Source: an uncultured Acidobacteriota bacterium (GTDB lineage: Bacteria; Acidobacteriota; UBA6911). Taken from it: a stretch of DNA of 64,000 nucleotides. A program made the position numbers and the translations under genes. The stretch covers positions 544,001 through 608,000 of the forward strand of contig CAWEJX010000007.1 of the NCBI GenBank assembly GCA_963809485.1. Direction: 5' to 3'. The notes beneath the pieces are model-generated. The model searched no databases. It was not told the origin of the DNA and was given only the letters and a program-made list of their open reading frames with translations. This document shows positions 18,209 to 28,087 of this stretch, piece after piece (the stretch's first letter is position 1; each line of letters begins with the position of its first letter).

Positions 18209-19123
18209 TTCTCTATAGTTTTCCGGTATCTTTAAAAATCTCACTTTGCTTTCCGCGCTGAGCCTCACTTCGCCTGTTCGCGAATCATAGTCGTAAGGCG
18301 TGCCCAGCGGGTCGGCCAGCGAGTACTTGCGCGCTTTCCCGCGCACGAGTTCCTGCAGGTTGCGGGGGAAGGATCCGTGTTCCAGCTGGTATTTTTCCAG
18401 CAAAAATTCCAGCGTCCAGAGATCTTTGGCAACCTGGATGCTCAGGAGATGATTGCGCGCATTTTCCCTGATGTTTGCCCGGCCCGACTCCCGGTATTGA
18501 CGCTCCCACAACGACACCGCTATATCCATGGCGCCGCCTTTTGTGAGCGATGCGGCGGCAAGTCCCTCCATCCAGTGAGGCGCTTCAGGCAGGCGGCTCG
18601 CAGCCAGCCATGTGTCCCCGGCGGCCTTGTAGTCTTTTAAAAACCAATAGTAGATGAATCCTTTGTCATACATCAGCCGCCACTCCTGCGGGTGAGTCCG
18701 CAGTCCCTTGTCCAGAAGTTTCAGCGCTTCGCCGGGCTGGCCCGCCCCTATGGGATCCGCTTCGGCAAGAAAGGAACTGCCCGAGCGGTAGGCATCCAAA
18801 AGATCGGGATTCAGAGTCGTGGTGATTTCCAGAAGCTTGGGCAGGTTTTTGTACCGCACCACCCTCCGGTCGGCTTCATCGCGCCGCCCGTAGTATTGTA
18901 TGGTCCTCATCCAATAGAAATCAGCAAGCAGGCAGTCATAGCCCAGCGCCATCCTTTTCACGGCTGCCGGGGAGCGGAAATAAAGCAGGTCGGGATCCAG
19001 GCCGGGATCGCCCACGCGCGCGTCCATCCGGTCCTGTACGGGCTTTACGAGCGCAGCACAGACCAGGAACACAAGGCAAATCCATGCGATCCGTGTATCC
19101 CCCAAAATCCCGCTTGCTCTCAT
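18182..19123 (-). CDS. TPR-like membrane-anchored protein (PilG/XapA-like) with a C-terminal GspG-like motif
   Basis: Start ATG 19123 overlaps the permease stop (ATGA); N-terminal TM; LLADFYWMRTIQYYG; TPR-like helices; YQLEHGSFPRNLQELV...DPLGTPY. Confidence 0.75.
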   Translation of the reverse strand: MRASGILGDTRIAWICLVFLVCAALVKPVQDRMDARVGDPGLDPDLLYFRSPAAVKRMALGYDCLLADFYWMRTIQYYGRRDEADRRVVRYKNLPKLLEITTTLNPDLLDAYRSGSSFLAEADPIGAGQPGEALKLLDKGLRTHPQEWRLMYDKGFIYYWFLKDYKAAGDTWLAASRLPEAPHWMEGLAAASLTKGGAMDIAVSLWERQYRESGRANIRENARNHLLSIQVAKDLWTLEFLLEKYQLEHGSFPRNLQELVRGKARKYSLADPLGTPYDYDSRTGEVRLSAESKVRFLKIPENYREELRMTNYE

Positions 19124-19914
19124 TTGAAATCCCGGCGCATGAAAATACAGACTGTGAGGGAAAGAACAAGGGCACAGTAGAGCACGCAGTAAAGCGTGGC
19201 CCAGGATATGGCCCAGGGATCGATGGGCCGGGAATAGGATGCGCTTTGAATAATGTGGAGGCTGTCTATCAGCGTGAAATTGGAGAAATTGGGCAGGACG
19301 TAATACACCGCCCGGCAGATCCACTTCACGGCAGCCGATTTGGTGATCTCTCCAAAACGGATCAGGTCTGTCCCGAAGTGCCCCGCAACCCAAAGGAAAA
19401 AAGTGAATATGGCGGAGAGCGCGGGCGTCGAGAATGTGGAAAAAAGCAGGGCCAGGGATGTGACCAGCGCCAGCGAGAGAAGAATCATGTAGGCGGCCGG
19501 CAATAGCCGCAGGTGGGCGCCCAGACCGGCCCGGCTGACGTACAGGAGTGCCAGCTCCAGGCCCGCGGTCATGATGGCCAGGTTCACCAGGAGGGTGAAG
19601 AGCAGCCCGGCGTATTTGCCCAGTATAAGCTCGTGCCGGTGGACCGGCTTGGCCAGCAGGGCGTAAACCGTCCTCTTCTCGATCTCCTTGTAGACAAGGC
19701 TTATCCCGATAAAGATGGCAATCAGCATCCCGAAAATGGAAATGGATGCCAGGCCCAGGTCGAGAATCACCTTGTCTTCGTTGCCCAGGGTCAGCTGGCC
19801 CAGCGCCAGCGAACTGAGAATCATCATGAGCGCGAAAAGGATCAGGTTGTACAGAATCTTGTCGCGTATGTTCTCCCGGAATGTGTTGTGAGCGATTGCC
19901 AGAATGCGCTTCAT
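19120..19914 (-). CDS. ABC-2 type permease (PilI-like)
   Basis: IAHNTFRENIRDK, EIEKRTVYALLAKPVHR, ILGKY and C-terminal FMRRDF. Confidence 0.88.
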   Translation of the reverse strand: MKRILAIAHNTFRENIRDKILYNLILFALMMILSSLALGQLTLGNEDKVILDLGLASISIFGMLIAIFIGISLVYKEIEKRTVYALLAKPVHRHELILGKYAGLLFTLLVNLAIMTAGLELALLYVSRAGLGAHLRLLPAAYMILLSLALVTSLALLFSTFSTPALSAIFTFFLWVAGHFGTDLIRFGEITKSAAVKWICRAVYYVLPNFSNFTLIDSLHIIQSASYSRPIDPWAISWATLYCVLYCALVLSLTVCIFMRRDFK

Positions 19915-20888
19915 GAGTTCCTCGATACTCCGGCTGCCGCTTTCCCGCGCACACTCGCCGGCTCCTTCCGGTCCACCGCCGACCGGAAATAATCCTCCAG
20001 GGAGGAACGGATCGGGTTTACCGAAATCAGTTCCAGCTTGCGGGCGAAGGCAAAGGCAAGCAGATCCTCCAGCTGCCGGGAATTGTCGACCCGCAGGTGC
20101 AGACGATCCCCCATGAGCCTCAACTCCTTGCAGAATCTCCTGGCGGAATCCATTGTTTCATCCGTCCCGCCCGCCAGGATGACCTCGTGCCCTTCAATCC
20201 CCGCTTTCAGAATTTCATCCAGGACCCCAACCTCCTGGAGCTTTCCTCCGCTCAGTATGGCGACGCGGTCGCAGATTGCCTCCACGTCAGGCAGGATGTG
20301 AGAACTGAAAAAGACAGTCACGCCGCGGGCTTTGAGCGATGTGATGATGCGGCGCACTTCCATGCGCCCCAGGGGATCCAGGCCCGACATGGGCTCATCC
20401 AGGAAGACAACCTCCGGGTCGTTGATGATTGCCTGGGCGATCCCTATCCGCTGGACCATGCCCTTGGAGAACTTGCGCAGCTGAAGCTTGCGCGCTTCCG
20501 CGAGGCCCACGCTCTCGAGCAATGCGTCGACTTTCCGGGACAAGGCAGGCTGCCGGAATCCGAACAGCCGTCCCATGTAGGTCAGAAGCTCCTCGGGCGT
20601 GAGGTAATCATAGAAATACGGATTTTCCGGCAGGTATCCGATGCTCTGGTGCATCGCCACCGAATTGATGGGTCTGTCCAGGATACGAGCCTCGCCCGAC
20701 GTCGGGTGCAGCAGATGCATCAATATCTTCAGCGTAGTGCTTTTGCCTGCCCCGTTCGGCCCGAGAAAACCGAATATTTCCCCCTTCTGCACCTGCAGGG
20801 AGAGGCTATCCAGCGCCCGGACCGGACGCTTTTTCCAGAAGCCAATGTTAAAATCCTTAGTGAGGTGATCGATTTCGACTACGGGCAT
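19911..20888 (-). CDS. ABC transporter ATP-binding protein (PilH-like)
   Basis: GPNGAGKST, FSKGMVQR, LDEPMSGLDPLGR and SSH motifs. Confidence 0.92.
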   Translation of the reverse strand: MPVVEIDHLTKDFNIGFWKKRPVRALDSLSLQVQKGEIFGFLGPNGAGKSTTLKILMHLLHPTSGEARILDRPINSVAMHQSIGYLPENPYFYDYLTPEELLTYMGRLFGFRQPALSRKVDALLESVGLAEARKLQLRKFSKGMVQRIGIAQAIINDPEVVFLDEPMSGLDPLGRMEVRRIITSLKARGVTVFFSSHILPDVEAICDRVAILSGGKLQEVGVLDEILKAGIEGHEVILAGGTDETMDSARRFCKELRLMGDRLHLRVDNSRQLEDLLAFAFARKLELISVNPIRSSLEDYFRSAVDRKEPASVRGKAAAGVSRNS

Positions 20889-20941
20889 TATTTATAACCT
20901 TGGTGGGTAACAGGCGGCTGACCGGTCCGAGAGATTCGGGA

Positions 20942-21685
20942 TTACTCCTTTTTCTGCATGATTCGCTGGCGAAGAACCTCGTATAGAGCAATGCCGGCTG
21001 CCACGCTGACATTATACGATCCCACATTTCCACATATCGGCAGCGAGACGACAAAATCACACTTTTCCCTGACGAGCCGGTGAAGCCCCTTTCCTTCATT
21101 CCCGAGGACCAGCGCCAGGGGCACGGTGAGATCGATTTCCCAAATGGATGTATCGGCGCCGGCATCCAGACCTGCAGTCCAGTACCCCCTTTCTTTAAGT
21201 GACTCGAGCAGCTGCGCGACATTCGGGATGCGCGCCACCTTGACGTGGGACGCCGCACCTGCACTGGCTTTGACCACGGCCGCACCGAGGCTCGAACTGC
21301 GGTGCTGCGGCAGAAAAACGCCGTCGACGCATGCGGCTTCTGCCGAGCGAAGAATCGCACCGACGTTGTGAGGGTCCTCGATTCCATCCAGGACCACCAG
21401 GAATCCCGGGGACTTTGCCTGCTGCAGGATTTCCTCGCTGTCCAACGTGGCCATCTCGGCCGCATAGCAGAGGATTCCCTGGTGGCGGGCGCCGCCCGCC
21501 TTGCGGTCCAGCCAGGACCTCTCTTCAAGAGATACGCGGACATTGTTCCTCCGCGCCAGTTCCAGGATTTCCCGGATGCGTGGATTTTTCTGCCCGCGCT
21601 CGACCGATATCCGCTCGATTTTATCCGGCGCCGCCTTCAACGCCTCTGCAACCGCATGTATCCCGTAAAGAATCGACATATACAA
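20942..21685 (-). CDS. rlmB: 23S rRNA (guanosine2251-2'-O)-methyltransferase
   Basis: LYGIHAV, HQG, LDGIEDPHNVGAILRSA, GNEGKG and SYNVSVA SPOUT motifs. Confidence 0.92.
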   Translation of the reverse strand: MYMSILYGIHAVAEALKAAPDKIERISVERGQKNPRIREILELARRNNVRVSLEERSWLDRKAGGARHQGILCYAAEMATLDSEEILQQAKSPGFLVVLDGIEDPHNVGAILRSAEAACVDGVFLPQHRSSSLGAAVVKASAGAASHVKVARIPNVAQLLESLKERGYWTAGLDAGADTSIWEIDLTVPLALVLGNEGKGLHRLVREKCDFVVSLPICGNVGSYNVSVAAGIALYEVLRQRIMQKKE

Positions 21686-21773
21686 CCGGTTCCTGCTGCG
21701 GAATCCTGAAGACTTTGCGGCCTGGAGGTTGATCCTTTAGACCGCCGGGACTCCAAGGCTCGGACCCTTCCAG

Positions 21774-23288
21774 CTATATCGCGCTGAGGACCGCGCGGAG
21801 GCGTTCGCGGCAGGACATCACCTTGCGGGGCAGTATCAGCCGAATTCCTTCCTCGTATAACGGGATCAGCTTCTCAAGCTCCGGGCCGGAACCCCGTCCC
21901 GTCAAGGCCGCACGAATCGGGTGATACAGGTTACGTCCCTTCTGGTTCGTGGCCGCCTTCACCTGAGCGACGATGTCGCGATAAATCTCCGGCGTCAATA
22001 CCTCATGCTCCTCAACCCTGTGCGCAAACTCCTGCGCCACGGCCTTTGCATCATTGCCAGTCAGCGTTTCGCGGGCCGAGGCCTCGATTTCCGGGGGATT
22101 CGCGCAGAATCCGTAAACAACGGCGCTTTCCGCGGGAAGCTGGTCGAGATGGTCGACGCGCGTTTTTACCAGGTCTATCACGCGGGCCAGCCAGGAAAGC
22201 GTCGGTTGATCGGGCTCTGCCGGCACCAGGTCGGATTCGGCGAAAAAGCCTTTGGCTGTTTCGACGAGCGCTTCCCCGGGCGCTTTATTGATGTAGCTCC
22301 GGTTTATCCAGTCCAGCTTCTGCTTATCGAAAATCGCCGGGCTTTTTAAAACTCTCGAAAGATCGTACAGGCCGGTGATCTCCTCGAGGGACATGATCTC
22401 CTGCCCTTCGTTGGGCGGCGACCAGCCGAGCAGGGCAAGATAGTTGGCAAGAGCTTCCGGAAGATATCCCTGGCGCTGAAATTCCTCCACCGAAGTTGCG
22501 CCGTGACGCTTGCTCAGTTTCTGGCCGTCCGGACCGAGGATCGTGGACAGGTGGGCGAACTGAGGGATGGGCGCGCCCAGGGCCTCATAGATCAGGATCT
22601 GGCGGTGAGTGTTCGACAGGTGCCCGTCGCCCCGTATGACGTGGGAAATTTTCATCAGGCAGTCGTCGATCACGCAACAGAAATTGTAGGTCGGGCTTTT
22701 ATCGCTGCGCAGGAGCACCGGATCGCTGATCTGGGCGGTCTCGATATCGATTCTGCCGAAGACCAGATCGGAAAACCCCACCGTGCCCGGTCTCACTCTC
22801 AGGCGCAGCGTGAAAGGCGCTCCCGATTTGAGGCGGGCCTCGATTTCAGAATGCGAAAGGTGCCTGCATTTGCCCGAGTAATGAGCGGTGACTTTGTGCG
22901 CCAGCTGGGTCTGGCGAACTTTTTCCAGCTCCTCCTCGGAACAGAAGCACCGGAAGGCTTTGTCCTGTTCAATCAATTGCCGGGCGTATTTCTGATAGAT
23001 TTCAAATCTGTCGCTCTGCCGGTAGGGCCCGAAATTGCCTTCCCGGCCGACGCCCTCGTCCCAGTCAAGCCCCAGCCACCGTAGATCGTCCAGCAGCTGC
23101 TTTTCGTATTTTTGCCTGCTTCTCTCGGCGTCGGTGTCTTCGATCCTTATAATGAAGACTCCTTTGTGATGCCGTGCAAAAAGCCAGTTAAACAGGGCAG
23201 TCCGGACGTTGCCTACATGGAGGTACCCTGTCGGACTGGGGGCGAAGCGCACCCGAACCGGTTTGGCAATGCTAGCTGACGCAGTCAT
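21774..23288 (-). CDS. gltX: Glutamate--tRNA ligase
   Basis: RVRFAPSPTGYLHVG (HIGH) and KLSKR (KMSKS); start set at ATG 23288. Confidence 0.95.
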   Translation of the reverse strand: MTASASIAKPVRVRFAPSPTGYLHVGNVRTALFNWLFARHHKGVFIIRIEDTDAERSRQKYEKQLLDDLRWLGLDWDEGVGREGNFGPYRQSDRFEIYQKYARQLIEQDKAFRCFCSEEELEKVRQTQLAHKVTAHYSGKCRHLSHSEIEARLKSGAPFTLRLRVRPGTVGFSDLVFGRIDIETAQISDPVLLRSDKSPTYNFCCVIDDCLMKISHVIRGDGHLSNTHRQILIYEALGAPIPQFAHLSTILGPDGQKLSKRHGATSVEEFQRQGYLPEALANYLALLGWSPPNEGQEIMSLEEITGLYDLSRVLKSPAIFDKQKLDWINRSYINKAPGEALVETAKGFFAESDLVPAEPDQPTLSWLARVIDLVKTRVDHLDQLPAESAVVYGFCANPPEIEASARETLTGNDAKAVAQEFAHRVEEHEVLTPEIYRDIVAQVKAATNQKGRNLYHPIRAALTGRGSGPELEKLIPLYEEGIRLILPRKVMSCRERLRAVLSAI

Positions 23289-23354
23289 CTGTGCACCCGG
23301 ATGATGGCGGCCGCCGGGGGGTCTCATCACCGGCAGCCTCGTTGATTCTAATGG

Positions 23355-24620
23355 CTATCTTCCATATATCAGAGCGATCGCCTGGGCGGAAATTCCCTCT
23401 CCGCGTCCTTCCGCGTTCATTCCCTCGGTGGTTGTGGCTTTGATATTGACGCAGGCCATGTTCAGGCCGAGAGCTTGCGCGATATTCTGTTTCATGCCGG
23501 CCGCATATGGGGCTACCCTGGGCCGCTGCAAAAGGAGGGTCGCATCCACGTTGCCGATCGCCCACCCCGCCTGCTCGATTTTCCCGCGCACTTCCCTTAA
23601 AAATTCCAGGCTGGAGCGGTTTCGGTTGCACGCGTCGGTGTCCGGGAAATGCATGCCGATGTCCCCAAATCCGGCGGCGCCCAGCAGGGCGTCGCAAACG
23701 GCATGGGCGAGAGCGTCGGCATCGGAGTGGCCCTCCAGCCCCCGGTCGAAAGGTATTTCCACGCCTCCCAGGATCAGCTTGCGCCCTTCCACAAGACGAT
23801 GATAATCGATCCCATGCCCGATGCGAAGCGCGTATTCGCTCCTTGCAATCCTGTTCAGGCTCCCGGACTTTTCCGAAATCAGCGCTTCAGCAATATGGAG
23901 GTCCAGGGGCCGCGTAATTTTAATGTTGTCCGGGGAACCCGGGACGACCGTAACCGGACGCCCCGCCCAGCGTACGATAGAGGATTCGTCGGTCCCCAGA
24001 AAGCCGGCCTCGTGCGCCCGGTCCAGGGCGTATCTGAGAATGCCGGCATGGAATCCCTGGGGCGTTTGTATGGCATAAAGCTCCTGGCGCGGCGGAGTCG
24101 CCAGCACACGCCCCCTGCGGGAGACGCGCTGGATGGTCTCTGTTGCCGCAAGGCCGGGCACGGCGGCCCCGTCCTTCCAGGCCGCCTCCAGGACACGCAT
24201 CATCGTGCCGCGGTCGCACAATGGACGGACGGCGTCGTGCACAAGAATGACATCCGCTCCGGCGCGCACCTGCGCGACACCGCGCCGCACCGACTCCTGC
24301 CGGTTTTCCCCTCCGGCAACCAGCTCGGTCTCCAGCCGGAATGCTTTCCTGCCCAGGATTGCACGCGCAGCCGGCATGTGTTCCGCGGGCAGAGCAACGA
24401 CGATTTGAGCTAATTCCTCGAGGGAAAGAAGACTCTCGATGGTATGAAGCAGGATAGGCTTGCCGGCAATCTCCAAAAACTGTTTCGGGACAGCCGAATT
24501 CATTCGTGTCCCGGTCCCGCCGGCTGCGACGACAGCCGCAACCGCCGGCCTCGGCGAGCGGCTTGATGATCTTGAGGATTCCTTGCCGCCAGGATCGAGG
24601 CGTGCGCCCGGGGTTCCCAT
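23355..24620 (-). CDS. ispDF: Bifunctional IspD/IspF (MEP cytidylyltransferase / MEcPP synthase)
   Basis: AAGGTGTRM..PKQF, HDAVRP, QTPQ and NIKIT, then RIGHGIDYH, GHSDAD and NIKATT in one frame. Confidence 0.94.
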   Translation of the reverse strand: MGTPGARLDPGGKESSRSSSRSPRPAVAAVVAAGGTGTRMNSAVPKQFLEIAGKPILLHTIESLLSLEELAQIVVALPAEHMPAARAILGRKAFRLETELVAGGENRQESVRRGVAQVRAGADVILVHDAVRPLCDRGTMMRVLEAAWKDGAAVPGLAATETIQRVSRRGRVLATPPRQELYAIQTPQGFHAGILRYALDRAHEAGFLGTDESSIVRWAGRPVTVVPGSPDNIKITRPLDLHIAEALISEKSGSLNRIARSEYALRIGHGIDYHRLVEGRKLILGGVEIPFDRGLEGHSDADALAHAVCDALLGAAGFGDIGMHFPDTDACNRNRSSLEFLREVRGKIEQAGWAIGNVDATLLLQRPRVAPYAAGMKQNIAQALGLNMACVNIKATTTEGMNAEGRGEGISAQAIALIYGR

Positions 24621-24700
24621 GCTTCAAACCGTATTTGATAATTCTATTGGTAAATCCCCGGCTCTGCCGGGGACTCATAGAGTTTGACAGTTCCGTATTT

Positions 24701-24975
24701 TGAAACGCTGAGATACGCTGACCAAAGCGCTGACAAACGCCGATTTGTTCGGCGAGGGTCGGCGAGCAAAAGCCGATGAGGCGCTTCCGATGGAGTTTTC
24801 TGCGGCGGCACTGTGGCAAGCGCCGTGCGGCAAGGAGATGGAGGTTATGAGAAACAGGGCGTTTGCCACAGTGCCGCTGCAGAAAACTGTCCAGCGCGGA
24901 GCGCTGGCCCCTGCGGGGATCGGAAGCGCCTCATCGGCTTTTGCCCGCGTAAGTCAGCGTTCAAGACCAGCGTAA
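24701..24975. repeat. Long branched inverted-repeat element in the PIN/TRAM-ispDF intergenic region
   Basis: 30-bp arms 24762-24791/24919-24948 and 31-bp arms 24794-24824/24858-24888, with ACGCTGAC-type flanks. Confidence 0.8.
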
Positions 24976-25052
24976 TGCCTCCAACCGATTTGAGCGGTTC
25001 CAATCTTTCAAGCCTCCGGCTTTGTCGGAGGCGCCTGACTGATGCCTGAGAG

Positions 25053-26153
25053 CTACCGTCCCTTGATGCGTTCCCTATCATCCTCGGGGTTGATACGGTT
25101 ATTGATGAGAGGCTTCTCGTAGAGGCGTCGGTCCTGTTTGGGCGTCTGCATGCCGGCTGCCGGTTCCGTCTCCTCCGGGAAGCGCCCGAAAATCATTTTT
25201 CCTGCCGTGGTCTGAAGCACCGATGTGACCTGCGTGGCGATGGTTTTGCCGATCATGCGGCGGGCATTGTCGACGACGACCATTGTGCCGTCATCCAGGT
25301 ACGCCACTCCCTGGTTGTATTCCTTGCCTTCCTTGAGAATGAAGACCTTCATCGTCTCCCCGGGGAGCACCACGGGCTTGAGTGCGTTTGCCAGCTCGTT
25401 GATATTGAGGACATCCACGCCGCGCAGCTGGGAAACCTTGTTGAGGTTGAAATCATTGGTGACGATCTTGGCGCCCATCTCCTTTGCGAGTTCGATCAGC
25501 TTGAGATCCACCTCTTTGACATCGGGGTAGTCTTTTTCCACGATCTGCACCGATACGCCCGGAACTGATTTGATCTTTTCCAGGACATCCAGGCCGCGGC
25601 GGCCGCGGTTGCGTTTGGCTGAGTCCGCGCTGTCGGCAATCTGCTGAAGCTCACGGAGCACGAAATGAGGGACCACCAGGGTTCCTTCCAGAAAGCCGGT
25701 CTTACAGATGTCGGCTACGCGGCCGTCGATGATGACGCTGGTATCGAGCACCTTGGACGTCTTCCGAATGGTGCTGTCGCTGAATAGTCCCCCGAACACG
25801 GTCAGATCCAGGTACTCGCCCTTGTGGGCGCCGGAAATCAGCCCCAGGTAAGTCATCAGGATCAGTATCAGCAGCTGAAGATAAGTCTCGGTCTGAGGAT
25901 TCACGAAATTCATGCGCGCTATGACCAGACTGATCAGGCTGGCGCCAATGATCCCAAGGACGGATCCTATGGCCGCACCCAGAAGCGTCTTGATCGAAAG
26001 CCTGCGAATCCTCAGCTCGGCCAGGAGTATGATGACCCCCAGCGCGACGCTAATCGAAACCGTGAGAGGGAGATTGGGCCCAAACGGGCGGACGAAGTAT
26101 CCGCCTACCAGGATAGCCGCGAATAAAAGTGCACGTATGATCCAGAGATCCAT
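25053..26153 (-). CDS. PIN/TRAM domain membrane protein (YacL-like)
   Basis: VLDTSVIIDGR, KRNRGRRGLD, TNDFNLNKV, GVAYLDDGTMVVV and QTTAGKMIF. Confidence 0.92.
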   Translation of the reverse strand: MDLWIIRALLFAAILVGGYFVRPFGPNLPLTVSISVALGVIILLAELRIRRLSIKTLLGAAIGSVLGIIGASLISLVIARMNFVNPQTETYLQLLILILMTYLGLISGAHKGEYLDLTVFGGLFSDSTIRKTSKVLDTSVIIDGRVADICKTGFLEGTLVVPHFVLRELQQIADSADSAKRNRGRRGLDVLEKIKSVPGVSVQIVEKDYPDVKEVDLKLIELAKEMGAKIVTNDFNLNKVSQLRGVDVLNINELANALKPVVLPGETMKVFILKEGKEYNQGVAYLDDGTMVVVDNARRMIGKTIATQVTSVLQTTAGKMIFGRFPEETEPAAGMQTPKQDRRLYEKPLINNRINPEDDRERIKGR

Positions 26154-26510
26154 GGATGGACTCCTTCGGCATGATCCACTTGATATCAATGGAATAGATT
26201 ATTAATTGCCAGATGACCAGAAAGAACTGAAACCCAAATCCACCAAAGCTCCAATCGATATAAGGAAGACGCCCTGTTATCATGGTCGCAGCCTCTCAAG
26301 GTTCATCCGGCGGCTGTGAAAAAAACCGGTCAGGATAATGCCCGGCGGACAAAAACCTAAAGCGTTGCCATCAATCTATCACACCCGCATAATTTTTGAT
26401 AAGCCTTTCTGTATTTATGGTTGCAGGTCGAAATTACACGAATGGATACCATGGGACTTCGGTCCGCCGACGGCCTCTGAAAACCGCCTGAATCCTTCAA
26501 CGTGCAACCG

Positions 26511-27887
26511 TTACGAGAAAAGCAGTTCTGCTGCCTGCGCAACCGTTTTGACGGGCGCCAGCTCGATGCCCGCGATCGGATCGGCCATGGGCAGGTTGCC
26601 TGCGGGCAGTATGCATTTCCGGAAACCCATTGCGGCAGCTTCTCTTACACGAAGATGGGCCTGGCTGATGGGGCGGGCGTCGCCCGAGAGACTGAGTTCG
26701 CCCAGCAGGACCGTATGAGGAGGCAGGGGGCGGTTGCGAAAACTGCTGAGAATGGCGGCAAATATGCCAAGATCGGATCCCGGTTCGTTGATTTCGATCC
26801 CGCCGGCTGTATTTACGTAAATATCGCAAGCCGCCATTTGAATGCCTAACCGCTTTTCGAGCATCGCCACGAGAACGGATAAACGGTTGTAGTCGATCCC
26901 GGCTGCAACGCGGCGTGCTGTGCCGTATTGTGTTGAGACCACAAGAGCCTGGACCTCGACAAGCAGCGGCCGGGTTCCCTCGAGAGCGCACACGACCGCG
27001 CTTCCGGCCGAAATATTTTCCCTCTCCATCAGGAACAGGCTGGATGGATTTCCCGACGGGATCAATCCCCGGGAAGTCATCTCGAAAATGCCGATCTCGT
27101 TCGCGGCGCCGAAACGGTTCTTGACCGCGCGGATGATCCGGTGGTTCTGATGGCGCTCCCCTTCGAAATACAGCACCACATCCACGATGTGCTCCAGCGC
27201 CTTGGGACCCGCGATGCTCCCATCCTTGGTTACATGCCCGATCAGGAAGACGGGAATCTCCCGTGTTTTCGACAAGCCGAGAAATTGCATGGCGACGTGA
27301 CGCACCTGGCTGACGCTGCCCGGCGCCGAATCGAGCGCTTCGGAAAACGTGGTCTGGATCGAATCCACGACGATGGCTGCGGGCTGAATTTCTTCCGCCG
27401 ACGAGAGGATGTGCTCGACGCTCGATTCCGCCAGAATATAAATGTCGTCGGCCTCCGCTGCGCCGCCCCGGGAGTCTTCGAGCCGGTCTGCCCGTATCTT
27501 GATTTGTTGAACCGATTCCTCGCCCGAGGCATAGAGAATGCGCCGTCCCTGCTGCTGAAGGCTGCGCGCGATTTGAAGCAGCAGGGTTGATTTTCCGGCG
27601 CCCGGTTCGCCTCCGACCAGGACAAGAGCGCCCGGCACGATGCCGCCTCCCAGCACGCGGTCAAATTCAGGATTGCCGGTGCCGATGCGCGGAGATGCCT
27701 CCACCGAAACCTCCGTCAGTTTTGTGGCCCTGGAGCTTCCCGGGCGCGCCGGAACCGCGGCAGCCGGCCCGGGCCGGAGCTCTTCCATGAAAGAGTTCCA
27801 GCTGCCGCAATCGGGGCATCGGCCAAGCCATTTTGCAGATGCATAGCCGCAGTTCTGGCACTCGAATACCGAAGGCGATTTGGTCAT
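26511..27887 (-). CDS. radA: DNA repair protein RadA/Sms
   Basis: CQNCG...CPDCG zinc finger, GEPGAGKST, KNRFG motif and Lon-like C-terminus. Confidence 0.96.
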   Translation of the reverse strand: MTKSPSVFECQNCGYASAKWLGRCPDCGSWNSFMEELRPGPAAAVPARPGSSRATKLTEVSVEASPRIGTGNPEFDRVLGGGIVPGALVLVGGEPGAGKSTLLLQIARSLQQQGRRILYASGEESVQQIKIRADRLEDSRGGAAEADDIYILAESSVEHILSSAEEIQPAAIVVDSIQTTFSEALDSAPGSVSQVRHVAMQFLGLSKTREIPVFLIGHVTKDGSIAGPKALEHIVDVVLYFEGERHQNHRIIRAVKNRFGAANEIGIFEMTSRGLIPSGNPSSLFLMERENISAGSAVVCALEGTRPLLVEVQALVVSTQYGTARRVAAGIDYNRLSVLVAMLEKRLGIQMAACDIYVNTAGGIEINEPGSDLGIFAAILSSFRNRPLPPHTVLLGELSLSGDARPISQAHLRVREAAAMGFRKCILPAGNLPMADPIAGIELAPVKTVAQAAELLFS

Positions 27888-28087
27888 GAACGCCCGCCTT
27901 TCCGGGGATGATGCCTATGTCCATTGATTAGATCAACCGTCATTATTGATGTCAAGCGCATGCGGCCTTTCGCTTGCGGGTTTGGGGAACCGACGACCTG
28001 TTCCGACGATCGGCAAATCTGGATTTTGCCTGCTCCGGTAAACTGTTTTTGATAAGCTATGATTTCGAATTTGCCAGAGGAACGCAA

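Noticed and set aside
19124-19954. 590-aa version of the TPR gene
   Set aside because: The extension overlaps the permease in another frame; the ATGA-coupled start at 19123 is better supported.
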